DNA of 64,000 nt, taken from assembly GCA_017960885.1 (NCBI GenBank), contig JAGCYI010000219.1, forward strand, positions 19,782 through 83,781. The letters run 5' to 3'. Within the stretch, counting starts at the first letter, position 1; each line of letters starts with the position of its first letter. Below the pieces are notes generated by a model, which was not told where the DNA came from, searched no databases, and worked only from the letters and a program-made list of their open reading frames with translations. The DNA comes from Bacteroidales bacterium (lineage in GTDB: Bacteria; Bacteroidota; Bacteroidia; Bacteroidales; UBA3824). The translations under genes were made by a program, and so were the position numbers. Shown in pieces: positions 21,090 through 32,089 of the stretch.

Positions 21090-22709
21090 ATGAAAAACCT
21101 TCTCTTAACCATATCGCTCGTAATGCTCGCAGCCATTGCCGTTGCGCAGTCAGGCACAAAAATCGAGATTGTAAACACAAACACTCTCGAGGTTAACGAG
21201 ACATACGGCCCCGACATCAAAATTCTTAAAGGCGATGTGATTTTCTACCACGACAGCGCGTATATGTATTGCGACAGCGCCCTCTACAACAACAAAGAGA
21301 ACAATTTTCAGGCATTTGGACGGATACATATCAAGCGTTTAATGTCTGACAACGACACTGTGCACCTTTGGAGCGACTCTGCTTCGTACAACGGCAACCT
21401 AAAACTCGCCACAGCCCGTCGAAATGTAAAAATGACTCGCGACAGCATGGTGATGCTAACAGAAAACCTCGACTTTGATATGAACGCCAACGTTGCATAC
21501 TATTTCAACGGAGGCACCACTTTTTCGGGAGAGGACACTCTAATTTCAGACTTCGGACATTTTTATCCCAACACCAACGACCTCAAATACACCAAGGACG
21601 TTGAAATTCACAATCCCGACTACCTGATGCGTTCCGACACGCTCACTTACAACATCAAGACAAAGATATCAAACTTCATAGGTCCTACTGAGATTATTGG
21701 CGAAACCGACTACCTCTATACCGAACGTGGATGGTTCAACCATATCACCGACCAAGGACAGCTCACAAAGAAAAACTACATGACCAGCAACGAGCGCCGT
21801 CTCGACGCCGACACCATATTCTACAACCGTGCGCTCAACTACGGATACGGACGCAGCAACGTAGAAATCACCGACACTGTTAAGGCTATCAAGCTGCTTG
21901 GCAACGAGGCGCATTACTACGACAAAGACCAGAAGAGCCTTCTCACCGACAAGGCCCTGATGATATACTATTCCGATATCGACACTCTCTATCTGCACGC
22001 CGACACCATCTGTTCTTACATGGAACAGTATGAAAAAAACAATCCCGATTCGCTTTACCGAATTGTAAAGGCATATCATCACACAAAAATGTTCCGCAGA
22101 GACATTCAAGCCATGTGCGACAGCATGATATACGATTTTAGCGACAGCACTGTAACCATGAACCGAAACCCTGTAATCTGGCACAACGAAAACCAGATAA
22201 CTGCAAAGGACATCAAGTTCTACACATCGAACAACCACATTGATATGGTAGAGCTGCTCAACAACGCATTTGTGATTTCACAAGTTGACACCATAGAGCA
22301 CTACAACCAGATATTCGGCAAAAACATGGTGGCGTATCTCGACAGCAACAAAATTCAAGAAGTGGAAGTGATTTCCGAAGCCAACACCATTTACTACACC
22401 GTAGAAGACAGTATGGCTACAGGAATGAATGTAATATCAAGTAAGGACATGAACATCCTCTTCGAGAAAGGCAAAGTAGACAGGATATGGTTCTACAATA
22501 GTCCTAAAGGCACTCTCTATCCGATGGAAGGACTCACCCGCCGCCAGCAGTTTCTCGACGGCTTTGTTTGGTACGACAAGCACCGTCCGCACTGTCGCGA
22601 AGATGTATTTATTTGGGGAGAAATCACCGAAAAGCCCATCACTGCGCAACAATTAGAAGCCGAAGAAAAAGCCGCACAACAGGCCAAAGAAGAAATGGAA
22701 GAATTTTAA
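21090..22709 (+). CDS. OstA-like (LptD N-terminal-like) periplasmic/outer-membrane protein
   Basis: Signal peptide. Repeated beta-jellyroll-like segments typical of Bacteroidota OstA-like proteins. Context with the LptF/G permease. Confidence 0.6.
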   Translation: MKNLLLTISLVMLAAIAVAQSGTKIEIVNTNTLEVNETYGPDIKILKGDVIFYHDSAYMYCDSALYNNKENNFQAFGRIHIKRLMSDNDTVHLWSDSASYNGNLKLATARRNVKMTRDSMVMLTENLDFDMNANVAYYFNGGTTFSGEDTLISDFGHFYPNTNDLKYTKDVEIHNPDYLMRSDTLTYNIKTKISNFIGPTEIIGETDYLYTERGWFNHITDQGQLTKKNYMTSNERRLDADTIFYNRALNYGYGRSNVEITDTVKAIKLLGNEAHYYDKDQKSLLTDKALMIYYSDIDTLYLHADTICSYMEQYEKNNPDSLYRIVKAYHHTKMFRRDIQAMCDSMIYDFSDSTVTMNRNPVIWHNENQITAKDIKFYTSNNHIDMVELLNNAFVISQVDTIEHYNQIFGKNMVAYLDSNKIQEVEVISEANTIYYTVEDSMATGMNVISSKDMNILFEKGKVDRIWFYNSPKGTLYPMEGLTRRQQFLDGFVWYDKHRPHCREDVFIWGEITEKPITAQQLEAEEKAAQQAKEEMEEF

Positions 22710-22720
22710 AACTCATAAAT

Positions 22721-22966
22721 ATGAAAAGATTTATAAAAACGGCAGCATTATTGCTATTCATTTCGGTAGTGGTATCATGTTCGCTGCAAAACGAAGGCTC
22801 AAAAACAGACGCCAACACTGCAGACTCTATACGCAGAGACTCTATAGCCAAAATGATCATTAGCAAAAAAGACTCAATCGTACACGCAGTAGCGGACCAA
22901 ACTGCCGACCAAAAATGCGATTCTACTCTTATTGACTCTATAATTGCAACTTTTGGAAAACCGTAG
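22721..22966 (+). CDS. small lipoprotein, unknown function
   Basis: MKRFIKTAALLLFISVVVSC|S lipobox. ATG at 22721 chosen over the upstream ORF start that overlaps the previous gene. Confidence 0.55.
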   Translation: MKRFIKTAALLLFISVVVSCSLQNEGSKTDANTADSIRRDSIAKMIISKKDSIVHAVADQTADQKCDSTLIDSIIATFGKP

Positions 22967-23000
22967 TACTTTATGTAACAACGAGATAATTAATATACAA

Positions 23001-23951
23001 GTGAAAAAGATAATTATTACATTAGCAGCAGCCATTTGCTGCGTTGCAGGAGCCTCTGCAGCTCCATTAACCGACTCGCTTAAACCTAAGTCTGCAATCG
23101 ACACCCTTAAAACCAAGGCAGCAATCGACACTCTTGCCACCGCCGACAAATACCGCAAGGTGGTTTTGTATAGCAACAACACCTGGGAATACATCGAACT
23201 CGACCGTCCGGCTATTTCCGACGATGACTTTGCCGACAACTGGGACATCGAGAGCATCCACATCTGCAAAGACATTCCAGTATCATCATTACCCGCAGAG
23301 GTAGACCTCCTGCTTGCCGACAGCACACACGGCTGGTGCGCTCCCATCACAGGCAGAGTAAGTTCTGGATTCAAATTCCGCAAGACCCGCAACCACAACG
23401 GCACCGACATTCCTCTCACAGTAGGCGACACCATCCGCGCCGCATTCGACGGCAAAGTTCGTGTGGTGCGCACAGTGGGCAACGCCGGAGGATACGGCAA
23501 CCTTATGGTAATACGTCACCCCAACGGTTTGGAAACCTACTACGCACACCTTTCGGGATTCATTGTCAACGAAAACGAACTTGTAAAGGCTGGCGAACCT
23601 ATAGCGCTCGGCGGCAACACTGGTCGCAGCACTGGTCCTCACCTCCACTTTGAAGTAAGGTACATGGGCAAGCCCTTCGACTCTGAAAGGATATTCGACT
23701 TCACCACCGGAGAAATCCGTCAAACAGAGTTCACCCTCAAACGCCACTATTTCAATATCTATTCTCATTACGGCATGACCGACGCCGAGTCGGCAGCCAC
23801 CCAGGAGAGAGTATACCACACGGTACGCAGCGGCGACACTCTCGGAGCAATAGCCCGCAAGTACAACACCACCGTGGCTCGCATTTGCAAGCTCAACGGC
23901 ATATCACAAAACAAGATTCTTCGTCTTGGACAGAAATTAGCAGTAAGATAA
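23001..23951 (+). CDS. M23 family metallopeptidase with C-terminal LysM domain
   Basis: HNGTDI...HLS...GPHLHFEVR (M23 zinc site). LysM is YHTVRSGDTLGAIARKYNTTVARICKLNGI. GTG at 23001 precedes a signal peptide. The ATG at 22944 is the alternative start. Confidence 0.85.
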   Translation: MKKIIITLAAAICCVAGASAAPLTDSLKPKSAIDTLKTKAAIDTLATADKYRKVVLYSNNTWEYIELDRPAISDDDFADNWDIESIHICKDIPVSSLPAEVDLLLADSTHGWCAPITGRVSSGFKFRKTRNHNGTDIPLTVGDTIRAAFDGKVRVVRTVGNAGGYGNLMVIRHPNGLETYYAHLSGFIVNENELVKAGEPIALGGNTGRSTGPHLHFEVRYMGKPFDSERIFDFTTGEIRQTEFTLKRHYFNIYSHYGMTDAESAATQERVYHTVRSGDTLGAIARKYNTTVARICKLNGISQNKILRLGQKLAVR

Positions 23952-23957
23952 CCCCAT

Positions 23958-23990
23958 AAAGCCCGACTCTTGAAGCCGGGCTTTTTATTT
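23958..23990 (+). terminator. rho-independent terminator
   Basis: Stem aaagcccg / cgggcttt followed by a T-run (ctttttatttatttttt). Confidence 0.7.
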
Positions 23991-24053
23991 ATTTTTTAAT
24001 ATACATTTAACCTAATATTGTTTCAAAACCATTACAAGGTAAAATTCTATTTA

Positions 24054-24061
24054 TAATTTTG
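24054..24061 (+). promoter_or_regulatory. candidate -7 promoter box (TAATTTTG)
   Basis: Exact TAnnTTTG match, 34 bp upstream of the ATG at 24095. Confidence 0.45.
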
Positions 24062-24094
24062 CAGTGCAGAATGCAAACATCATTTCACGCTTAA

Positions 24095-25786
24095 ATGGTA
24101 TTACAGATACTTACATTCCTCGGAGGCCTGGCCCTGCTGATGTTCGGTCTTAAAAACATGACCGAAAGCCTCCAGAAACTCGCCGGAGAAAGCCTTAGCA
24201 AGTTTCTCGGCATAATGGGCAAAAACCGATTCACCGGACTACTCTCCGGCGCAGGCATCACAGCCGCCATTCAGTCCTCAACCGCCACCACCCTATTGAC
24301 GGTAACATTCGTAAACGCGGGACTGTTCACCCTCAACCAAGCCATCCCCATAATCATGGGTGCTAACATAGGCACCACCATCACTGCATGGATTATGAGC
24401 CTTGGATTCTCGTTCGACATGGGCAAGATTGTATATCCGATATTTGTAATAGGAATCATCTGCATATATATGAAACGCAGCAAGGTGAAGACCTTGGGCG
24501 AATTTGTGTTCGGACTCGCATTCCTCTTTTTCGGTCTAACAATCCTTAAATCTAACGCCGAGGCAATGGATTTGAGCCACAACGAAACTGTAAAAGAGTT
24601 TTTTGCAAGCCGCAACGACGGCGGAGTGGGAACAAAGCTTCTCTTTCTGCTCGTGGGCGGAGTGCTCACATTCTGCGTACAGTCGTCGGCTGCTATTGTA
24701 GCGTTCACACAGCTGCTCTGTGCAAGCGGAGTGCTGCAAATAGACCAGGGCATTGCGCTTGTGCTCGGCGAAAACATCGGTACCACCATCACATCGAACA
24801 TCTCGGCAATGAAAGCATCGGCATCTGCACGTCGCACCGCTTTGGCGCACCTTATGTTCAACCTCTTTGGCGTAATCTGGGTGTTCATGCTCTTCACACC
24901 GTTCAATAAGTTTGTGGCGCACGTATGGGGATTCGGCGACTTCCAGTCAATAACATCCGACCAGCTGCCCAAGTTCATAGCGGCGTTCCACACATCGTTC
25001 AACGTTTGCAACGTGCTGCTGCTCATCGGATTCGTTAATCAAATGGAGAAAATAATCGAAAAGATTATCAAAAAAACCGACGAGGATTCCGAAGGCAAGC
25101 TCAAATACATCGGCGGAAGTATCACCGATGTTGCCGACATGGGTTTGAATGCGGCAGTACAAGAGACCTCCGAAATGGCGCAACGTATGGAAAAGATGTT
25201 CGGTTTTGTAGAACAGCTCACCTTGGAGCCCAACAACAAGACCAAGGAATACGAAGCCCTATTCAAGCGTATCGACAAATACGAAAATATCTCCGACAAT
25301 ATGGAGATTGAGATTTCCAAGTATCTCGCAAAGATAAGCAAGGGACACCTCAGCAACGATGCCAAAGCCAAAATCCGCGTAATACTAAAAGTTATCTCCG
25401 AACTTGAATCTATTGGCGACAGTGGAGCTAATATTTCACGAAGTATTCAACGCCGTTACGAAAGCAAGGCCGAAATTACTGATTATCAAAAGGAAAACAT
25501 CGTTAAGATGTACAGCATTGTAAGTGAGGCATTAGCGCAAATGCTACACATTATCAAACACTTTGAAACTATAGCAAAGAGTGATATAGAAAAGGCGTAC
25601 CAAATAGAAGAACGTATCAACAAACTACGTCAAAACCTCCGCGAAGAAAACATCGAGAACATCACTCAAAAACGTTACGACTACCTCAGCGGAGTTTTCT
25701 ATATGGACATTATCAGCGGTTGCGAAAAAATCGGCGACTTTATCATTAATATTGTACAAGAATACAAGAGATTGAGATTCAAATAA
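24095..25786 (+). CDS. Na+/phosphate cotransporter (NptA-like) with PhoU-like C-terminal domain
   Basis: 563 aa. Duplicated Na_Pi_cotrans motifs (QSSTATT / QSSAAIV, GANIGTT / GENIGTT). Helical PhoU-like tail. Confidence 0.85.
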   Translation: MVLQILTFLGGLALLMFGLKNMTESLQKLAGESLSKFLGIMGKNRFTGLLSGAGITAAIQSSTATTLLTVTFVNAGLFTLNQAIPIIMGANIGTTITAWIMSLGFSFDMGKIVYPIFVIGIICIYMKRSKVKTLGEFVFGLAFLFFGLTILKSNAEAMDLSHNETVKEFFASRNDGGVGTKLLFLLVGGVLTFCVQSSAAIVAFTQLLCASGVLQIDQGIALVLGENIGTTITSNISAMKASASARRTALAHLMFNLFGVIWVFMLFTPFNKFVAHVWGFGDFQSITSDQLPKFIAAFHTSFNVCNVLLLIGFVNQMEKIIEKIIKKTDEDSEGKLKYIGGSITDVADMGLNAAVQETSEMAQRMEKMFGFVEQLTLEPNNKTKEYEALFKRIDKYENISDNMEIEISKYLAKISKGHLSNDAKAKIRVILKVISELESIGDSGANISRSIQRRYESKAEITDYQKENIVKMYSIVSEALAQMLHIIKHFETIAKSDIEKAYQIEERINKLRQNLREENIENITQKRYDYLSGVFYMDIISGCEKIGDFIINIVQEYKRLRFK

Positions 25787-25800
25787 TTATCTAACCAACA

Positions 25801-26109
25801 ATGCACAAGTTGGCACGCAAACCGGTGTTTATAATTTCCGCCATAATTATGGCGCTGATGGTGATATGCGTGCCTGTGATTAAGCAGTACCACCCAGCAG
25901 AGCACAATTGCTGCCACAACGAAGGTGGTCATCACCATTGCGACTGTCCTGTTTGTAGTTTCCAACTCTCCACTTTTTTAATTCAAGACAACACCCCTGA
26001 CGAATCCACAGTTTCCGATGTGCGGTTCGTTTACATACCACTAACCCAGCAGGGCTGCACTCAAAACCAGTCTCACTGCATTATCATCCGCGGCCCGCCT
26101 TTGGTTTAA
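25801..26109 (+). CDS. small membrane-anchored Cys/His-rich protein (putative metal-binding)
   Basis: One N-terminal TM helix, then HPAEHNCCHNEGGHHHCDCPVCSF. C-terminal RGPP. Lies directly upstream of a TonB-dependent receptor. Confidence 0.6.
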   Translation: MHKLARKPVFIISAIIMALMVICVPVIKQYHPAEHNCCHNEGGHHHCDCPVCSFQLSTFLIQDNTPDESTVSDVRFVYIPLTQQGCTQNQSHCIIIRGPPLV

Positions 26110-26165
26110 AATCATTATTGCAGTTTTTTTATCCTCTTTATTATTTTAAACCAAACACATAACCA

Positions 26166-28358
26166 ATGCAGAGTAGAATTTGCGCTGCGGTGATGGGTGT
26201 GTGCGCATGCTTTGTGGTATCCGAGGCATACGCGCAAACTGACTCCATACCCGTGGTAGAGCTCAACACAGTTACAGTTAAGCGCAACGCTACGGCACGG
26301 AACATCTCCACATCTAAAAGCGTGGAGACCGTTGACCGTGGCTTCATAACGCACAATCTCGGCGGAAGCCTGTCGGAAAGTCTCGAAAACATTCCAGGAC
26401 TATCCTCTATCAACATAGGCTCGGGTCAGGGCAAACCTGTGATCCGTGGACTTGGATTCAACCGTGTGGCTGTGGTGGAGGACAACATAAAGCATCAGGC
26501 GCAGCAATGGGGCAGCGACCATGGATTGGAGATTGACCAATACTCGCTCGAACGTGCCGACATTATCAAAGGAGCGGCATCGCTCGAATATGGCAGCGAC
26601 GCTATCGGCGGAGTTATCAACCTCTCCACATCACGCATTCCAAAGCCGCATTCGGTAACAGCCGACGCACAGGTGACAGCCAAAAGCAACAACCAGTTTC
26701 TTGGAATATCCGCCGGAGTGGGCGGACGAGGCGAGCACTGGTTTGCCACTGCAAGGTTCACCGCGCAAGACTATGCCGATTTCTGCGTGCCCAAAGACTT
26801 TGTGAACATCTACTCGTACCGCATAAGTCTCGACCACGGACGTCTGCGCAATACAGCAGGCAAGGAATACGACGGTCATCTTACCATTGGCTATATGGGC
26901 AACGGTTTCAAATCGCGCATAATCATCTCAAATGTTAACAGTTACGGAGGCTTTTTTGCCAATGCGCACGGATTGGAGCCGCGAAACGTAGACACCAAGG
27001 TACATGACCGAAGCATTCGTGATATTTTACAGCCGTCGCAAAGCGTAAACCACTTTAAATCAGCGCTCAATGTAGAACGTTGGACATCGCAGTATACGCT
27101 CACTGCCGACATAGCCTACCAAAACAACCACCGATTAGAACGCAGCCCGTACGTCAGTCACGGATATATGCCCATAACGTGTCCCGAAACCTACCACGGC
27201 GACCCCGACACGGAATATCTTTACGACAAAGACGTGTACACCGCATCGGCAAAACTGACAATTCCACACGGAAATTTCAACCTGAAAGCCGGCGGCACAT
27301 TTGAACTGCAAGAAAATCAGATTGGAGGACGAGGATTTATAATACCCTCGTTCACAAGCATTCAGAGCGGACTATTCGCCGGAGCGGACTATCAGCTGTC
27401 GCCATCATACAAATTGGAGGCGGGAGTACGCTACGACCTTGGCGCTATCCAAACCGAACCGTACAGCGATTGGTTCATGTCGGAAGACGAATATGTGCAA
27501 CGTGCGCAAGCCATCGACCGAAAGTTCAACGACCTTTCGTGGTCGCTCGGTGCAACGGCTCACAGCGGAAAGCTAACCGCCAAACTCAACCTCGGCAAGA
27601 GTTTCCGCATACCTACGGCACAGGAATTAGCGTGCAACGGCGTCAACTATCACCATTTCAGTTACGAAAAAGGCGACCCCGACCTGCACAGCGAATCGGC
27701 ATATCAAGCCGACTGCGAGCTCACCTACTCAGGACGGCTTCTCACCATAATACTATCGCCCTACGCCGGATATTTCACCAACTACATTTTTCTCGACCCG
27801 TCGCCATATTTCAACCGTCTTTACGGATGTGGAAACCAAATCTACAACTACAAGGAGTGCGAAGTGGAGCGTCACGGCGGAGAAATATTGGTGAAGTTCA
27901 CCGTCGACAACCGCCAAGTGCCTATGCACAACGGCAAAATCGACATAGAGGCAGGCGCGGAATACACCCAAGCCAAGCAGAAATCGGGAAGCAAAAAAGG
28001 GTACGGACTGCCGTTTGCCCCTCCCCCATCGGCTAAGGTGGAAGGCACATATTCTATGCTGATAAAGAAACCCACACTGCAAAACCGCAACAGCGCCGAA
28101 GCATCGCTCGGAGCGGCTGTAAAAACCGTGGCTCAACAGCGCCATATCGTCCCACCAGAATCTCCTACCGACGGATACACCACCGTGGAGGTTTCGGCTG
28201 GATTTGAATTTAAGACACCTAAGCACTCTATCAACCTGACACTGAGGATAAAAAATCTGCTCAACACCGAGTATTACGAGCACACATCGTTTTACCGGCT
28301 CATCAACCTGCCCGCTCAAGGCAGAAATATTATCATCAATTTATCTTATAAACTATAA
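26166..28358 (+). CDS. TonB-dependent outer-membrane receptor
   Basis: Signal peptide, plug-domain motifs (VTVKR...IPGLSSINIGSGQGKPVIRGLGFNRVAVVEDN), beta-barrel repeats and a C-terminal aromatic-rich strand. Confidence 0.9.
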   Translation: MQSRICAAVMGVCACFVVSEAYAQTDSIPVVELNTVTVKRNATARNISTSKSVETVDRGFITHNLGGSLSESLENIPGLSSINIGSGQGKPVIRGLGFNRVAVVEDNIKHQAQQWGSDHGLEIDQYSLERADIIKGAASLEYGSDAIGGVINLSTSRIPKPHSVTADAQVTAKSNNQFLGISAGVGGRGEHWFATARFTAQDYADFCVPKDFVNIYSYRISLDHGRLRNTAGKEYDGHLTIGYMGNGFKSRIIISNVNSYGGFFANAHGLEPRNVDTKVHDRSIRDILQPSQSVNHFKSALNVERWTSQYTLTADIAYQNNHRLERSPYVSHGYMPITCPETYHGDPDTEYLYDKDVYTASAKLTIPHGNFNLKAGGTFELQENQIGGRGFIIPSFTSIQSGLFAGADYQLSPSYKLEAGVRYDLGAIQTEPYSDWFMSEDEYVQRAQAIDRKFNDLSWSLGATAHSGKLTAKLNLGKSFRIPTAQELACNGVNYHHFSYEKGDPDLHSESAYQADCELTYSGRLLTIILSPYAGYFTNYIFLDPSPYFNRLYGCGNQIYNYKECEVERHGGEILVKFTVDNRQVPMHNGKIDIEAGAEYTQAKQKSGSKKGYGLPFAPPPSAKVEGTYSMLIKKPTLQNRNSAEASLGAAVKTVAQQRHIVPPESPTDGYTTVEVSAGFEFKTPKHSINLTLRIKNLLNTEYYEHTSFYRLINLPAQGRNIIINLSYKL

Positions 28359-28372
28359 AAATTTATTATAAA

Positions 28373-28897
28373 ATGAAAAACTTTTTAAAACTTACTTATA
28401 TTACATTAGCACTTTCAGCATTAACCCTCTCAGCCTGCAAAGACGATGAAGACGAAATTGACACCGAAAAACCCACCATCGACTTATCATTCAACCAGGC
28501 ATTTCCTCAAAACGGCTCAGTGCTCTATTTCGGCGAAAGTTTTACGCTCAACATACGCCTTGCCGACAATTTTGAACTTGGCGCATACAGCGTAAACATC
28601 CACAGCAACTTTGACCATCACTCGCACTCCACCGAAGAGGAGGAAGAAGAGCACCACGAAGAGGGTGAGCATCATCACCACGAAGGCGAGGAAGGCGACG
28701 GATTCTATTTTTCGCAAGATTACACAATTCCCTCAGGATTAAAGGAGTACACCGCCAGCAACACCATTGAGATACCCGCACACGCACCCGACGGCGACGA
28801 GTATCAGCCTGGCGATTATCACTTTATGATTACAGTTACCGACAAAGCCGGTTTCTCAGTGTTCAAATCTGTGGAGATTGAAATCAAAGAGAAATAG
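28373..28897 (+). CDS. His/Glu-rich lipoprotein (Ig-like, DUF4625-like)
   Basis: Lipobox LSAC|K. Insert HHSHSTEEEEEEHHEEGEHHHHEGEEGD. Starts 15 bp after the receptor gene. Confidence 0.7.
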   Translation: MKNFLKLTYITLALSALTLSACKDDEDEIDTEKPTIDLSFNQAFPQNGSVLYFGESFTLNIRLADNFELGAYSVNIHSNFDHHSHSTEEEEEEHHEEGEHHHHEGEEGDGFYFSQDYTIPSGLKEYTASNTIEIPAHAPDGDEYQPGDYHFMITVTDKAGFSVFKSVEIEIKEK

Positions 28898-28921
28898 TTC
28901 TACAGAATTTAGAACGCCCTG

Positions 28922-30799
28922 CTATTTGAAATAGTTGATAGCATTACGCAGATTGTCGGCCTGGGTAGCCAAGTTGTCGGCGCTTGCGGCAAGCATCTCC
29001 GACGACGAAGCGTTTACTTTTACAGTGCCGTTGAGTTTCTGAATAATGTTATTAACCTGATTTGCACCCGCACTCTGCTCCATACTTGCATTAGTAATCT
29101 CGTTGACAAGTGTGCGGGTGTTTTCTATCTTAGGAATAGTCTGCTGCATCACACTGTTAGCCTCTTCCGACAACTGCAAGCTCTTTTGCGACATCTCGAT
29201 AATGCCGTCGGCAGCGTTCTTTGATTTTTCGGCAAGAGAACGAACCTCTTTTGCCACCACAGCGAAACCTTTGCCGTATTCACCGGCGCGGGCAGCCTCT
29301 ACTGCGGCGTTAAGAGCAAGTATGTTGGTTTGGAATGCAATCTCGTTGATAATTGAAATAGCCTCCGAGATAGACTTGTTGTTGTCCAAAAGGCTGTTGA
29401 TTTTCACCACAACCTCGTTGAACTTATCGCACGCGTCTTGGCTTACATTGTTGGTCTGCTTTGCATTATAGGTGTTCTGTTCAATATTTGAAGTCATTTG
29501 TTCCATAGTAGCGGAGAGGTCTTCAATATTGTTGCTCTGCGAAAGCGAACCCTGCATTACCTGCTGCGATGTGGAGTTAACCTGCTCCGAGCTGGCAGCA
29601 AGATTTTCAGATCCAGCCTTTATAGTACCAACTATTTCAGCGAGTTTGGTGCTCATATCGCGGATATCGTTGCACATTTCACCAATTTCGTCGTTAGAAG
29701 AATAGTCGATACGGCTTTTAAGATGTCCGTTAGAAATATCTTTGATGGCGATTGACAATTGTGAAAGGGGTATCGATAGCATTTTTTTGAGACAAAGAAT
29801 TACTATCACCACAATCACCGTGATAACTACAAACAAGAACACAAGCATCACGTGAAGGTTTTCTTTGGCGGCAGTTTTAAGCTCGGAATCGGGCAAAGTA
29901 CCAACCACAAACCATCCGGGAGTGCCTTCGATCTTGCGGCTCATAGTATACATATTCTCACCAGTAGCGGCATCCTTGCAGTATCGTATACAGTTTTCGC
30001 CACGTTTAACAGCTTCGCCAACCTCTTCCATTCCAGGTAACGCGGTCTTGCCCTCAACAGTAAGGTTGAAGTTCATTATCAAATCACTCATCCGGCTGCC
30101 GATAAGTTCTGCCTTTTCGTCAACAATAAATGTTTCACCGTTGTTACCAAACTTACACTCCTCCACCACTGTTGTCAAAGTGTTGAGGCTTACATTGGCA
30201 CAAAACGCGCCCACTACCTTGCCGTCGCGCTTGATTGGCACTGCGAGAGTGTATTTTTTTTCGCCGGTAGACTTTGAGATGTCGGGACTCGTCATAGAAA
30301 AATCATAGCCCCGTTGGAAAATATTTTTAAAATACTGACGGTCAGCGATATTCGCCTTTGAAAAACCCTTGCCGTTGATATAGTAACTACCATCGGGATA
30401 TGCCACAAACATCATGGAGAAATACTCTTTCTTATCAGCCGCGATTGATGCCAACCGTTTGGAATATTTACTATCGTCCATTGAGGTAAAAATCTCCTCA
30501 GCGGCTACCCATTTCAACTCCTCGGTCATTGTGCTGAGTTTTGTGGTTACCTCCTGAGCCGATTTGGCAGAAAGCTCCTGCATACAAAACTCAAAAAAGT
30601 TTTTTTGCGACTTAAAATTGATATGATAAGTTACCGCCATCATAACTATCAAAGTAACAGCTACAACAGGGATTATAATCATAAGAATTTTAACATAAAC
30701 CGACGTTTTCTTCATAGTGAATAATATTAATAAGTTAACGAGTAAGAATCCAACAAAATACGTGCCCATTAACAAAAGGGTAACAATGGATTTTTTCAA
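28922..30799 (-). CDS. methyl-accepting chemotaxis protein (Cache-type sensor, HAMP, MCP signalling domain)
   Basis: Canonical hairpin-tip motif [41 protein letters not shown]. Two TM helices flank a roughly 270-aa periplasmic domain, followed by HAMP. An alternative start is the Met at 30715. Confidence 0.85.
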   Translation of the reverse strand: MKKSIVTLLLMGTYFVGFLLVNLLILFTMKKTSVYVKILMIIIPVVAVTLIVMMAVTYHINFKSQKNFFEFCMQELSAKSAQEVTTKLSTMTEELKWVAAEEIFTSMDDSKYSKRLASIAADKKEYFSMMFVAYPDGSYYINGKGFSKANIADRQYFKNIFQRGYDFSMTSPDISKSTGEKKYTLAVPIKRDGKVVGAFCANVSLNTLTTVVEECKFGNNGETFIVDEKAELIGSRMSDLIMNFNLTVEGKTALPGMEEVGEAVKRGENCIRYCKDAATGENMYTMSRKIEGTPGWFVVGTLPDSELKTAAKENLHVMLVFLFVVITVIVVIVILCLKKMLSIPLSQLSIAIKDISNGHLKSRIDYSSNDEIGEMCNDIRDMSTKLAEIVGTIKAGSENLAASSEQVNSTSQQVMQGSLSQSNNIEDLSATMEQMTSNIEQNTYNAKQTNNVSQDACDKFNEVVVKINSLLDNNKSISEAISIINEIAFQTNILALNAAVEAARAGEYGKGFAVVAKEVRSLAEKSKNAADGIIEMSQKSLQLSEEANSVMQQTIPKIENTRTLVNEITNASMEQSAGANQVNNIIQKLNGTVKVNASSSEMLAASADNLATQADNLRNAINYFK

Positions 30800-30849
30800 A
30801 TATACGGAAAATTAGAAACTAACGGACATGGCGTATATTAACAAATTGT

Positions 30850-30884
30850 TAACAAAAAGAAGAGCCGCATCACTGCGGCTCTTC
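30850..30884 (-). terminator. rho-independent terminator downstream of dnaJ
   Basis: Stem gaagagccgc / gcggctcttc (30859-30884). On the minus strand it is followed by a T-rich tract (ttctttttgtt). Confidence 0.7.
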
Positions 30885-30917
30885 GGAAATACTACTAAAC
30901 TATAATTTATTAATCTA

Positions 30918-32075
30918 CTATCCTCTGTTAAAAAGTCGGTCGAAAAAACCCGACTTGCCGGCATCTTCCGAACCGGGTTTAAACGAATCGGATTTTTGGA
31001 AACCTTCCACAATTTTCTGCTCGTCTTTGGTGAGTTTCTTTGGAATCCACACGTTGACAATGGCAAGCAAGTCGCCACGACCGTAAGAGCCGTATGTGGG
31101 CAGACCTTTGCCTTTTAAGCGGAGAACCTTGCCAGGCTGCGTTCCAGGGTCGATTTTCACCTTCACCTTGCCATCTATTGTGGGAATTTCGGCTGTAGCG
31201 CCGAGTATTGCGTCGGGAACACTGATGTTGAGGTTGTAAATCAGGTTGTTGTCCTCGCGGGTGAGTTGAGGATCTTGCTCCTCTTCAAACACAACGAGTA
31301 AGTCGCCGTTTTCGCCGCCGTGCTTGGGTGCGTTGCCTTTGTTGGGAACAGTCATCTGCATACCGTCGGCAACACCTGCGGGAATATTGATAGAGATAAC
31401 CTCCTCGCCGAGCACAATGCCGTCGCCACCGCAGTCTTTACATTTTTGTGCGATGATTTTGCCAGTGCCGCCGCAAGCAGAACACGTGGTCTGAGTCTGC
31501 ATACGTCCGAGAATGGTGTTGCGCACTTGTGTTACAACGCCTGTACCATGACAAGTAGGGCATGTGTTCATACTAGAACCTGCCTCTGCACCAGTTCCGT
31601 TGCACGATTTGCAGGCGCAATATTTCTTAACCTTGATTTTTTTCTCGCATCCGTTGGCGATATCCTTAAGGCTGAGTTTCACCTTTACACGCAGGCTGCT
31701 GCCCTTGTTGACACGCTGACCGCGAGAGCCGCCGAAACCGCCGCCGCCACCGAAGCCGCCGCCGAAACCAAAGCCGCTGAAAATGTCGCCAAAGTGGCTG
31801 AATATGTCTTCCATATCCATTGAGAAACCACCTGCGCCACCTGCGCCGCCCACGCCTGCGTGTCCGAACTGGTCGTAGCGGGCACGTTTTTGGTCGTCGC
31901 TAAGCACCTCGTAAGCCTCGGCTGCCTCTTTAAATTTTTCTTCCGCCTCCTTGTCGCCAGGATTGCGGTCGGGGTGATATTTGAGCGCGAGTTGACGGTA
32001 GGCCTTTTTAAGTTCGTCCTTAGTGGCGTTTTTGCCTACGCCAAGCACTTCGTAATAATCTCTTTTTTCTGCCAT
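30918..32075 (-). CDS. dnaJ: molecular chaperone DnaJ
   Basis: J domain (DYYEVLGV...YHPDRNPGD), G/F-rich linker and four CxxCxGxG zinc-finger repeats. Confidence 0.97.
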   Translation of the reverse strand: MAEKRDYYEVLGVGKNATKDELKKAYRQLALKYHPDRNPGDKEAEEKFKEAAEAYEVLSDDQKRARYDQFGHAGVGGAGGAGGFSMDMEDIFSHFGDIFSGFGFGGGFGGGGGFGGSRGQRVNKGSSLRVKVKLSLKDIANGCEKKIKVKKYCACKSCNGTGAEAGSSMNTCPTCHGTGVVTQVRNTILGRMQTQTTCSACGGTGKIIAQKCKDCGGDGIVLGEEVISINIPAGVADGMQMTVPNKGNAPKHGGENGDLLVVFEEEQDPQLTREDNNLIYNLNISVPDAILGATAEIPTIDGKVKVKIDPGTQPGKVLRLKGKGLPTYGSYGRGDLLAIVNVWIPKKLTKDEQKIVEGFQKSDSFKPGSEDAGKSGFFDRLFNRG

Positions 32076-32089
32076 TGTTGTAGTTTTAT

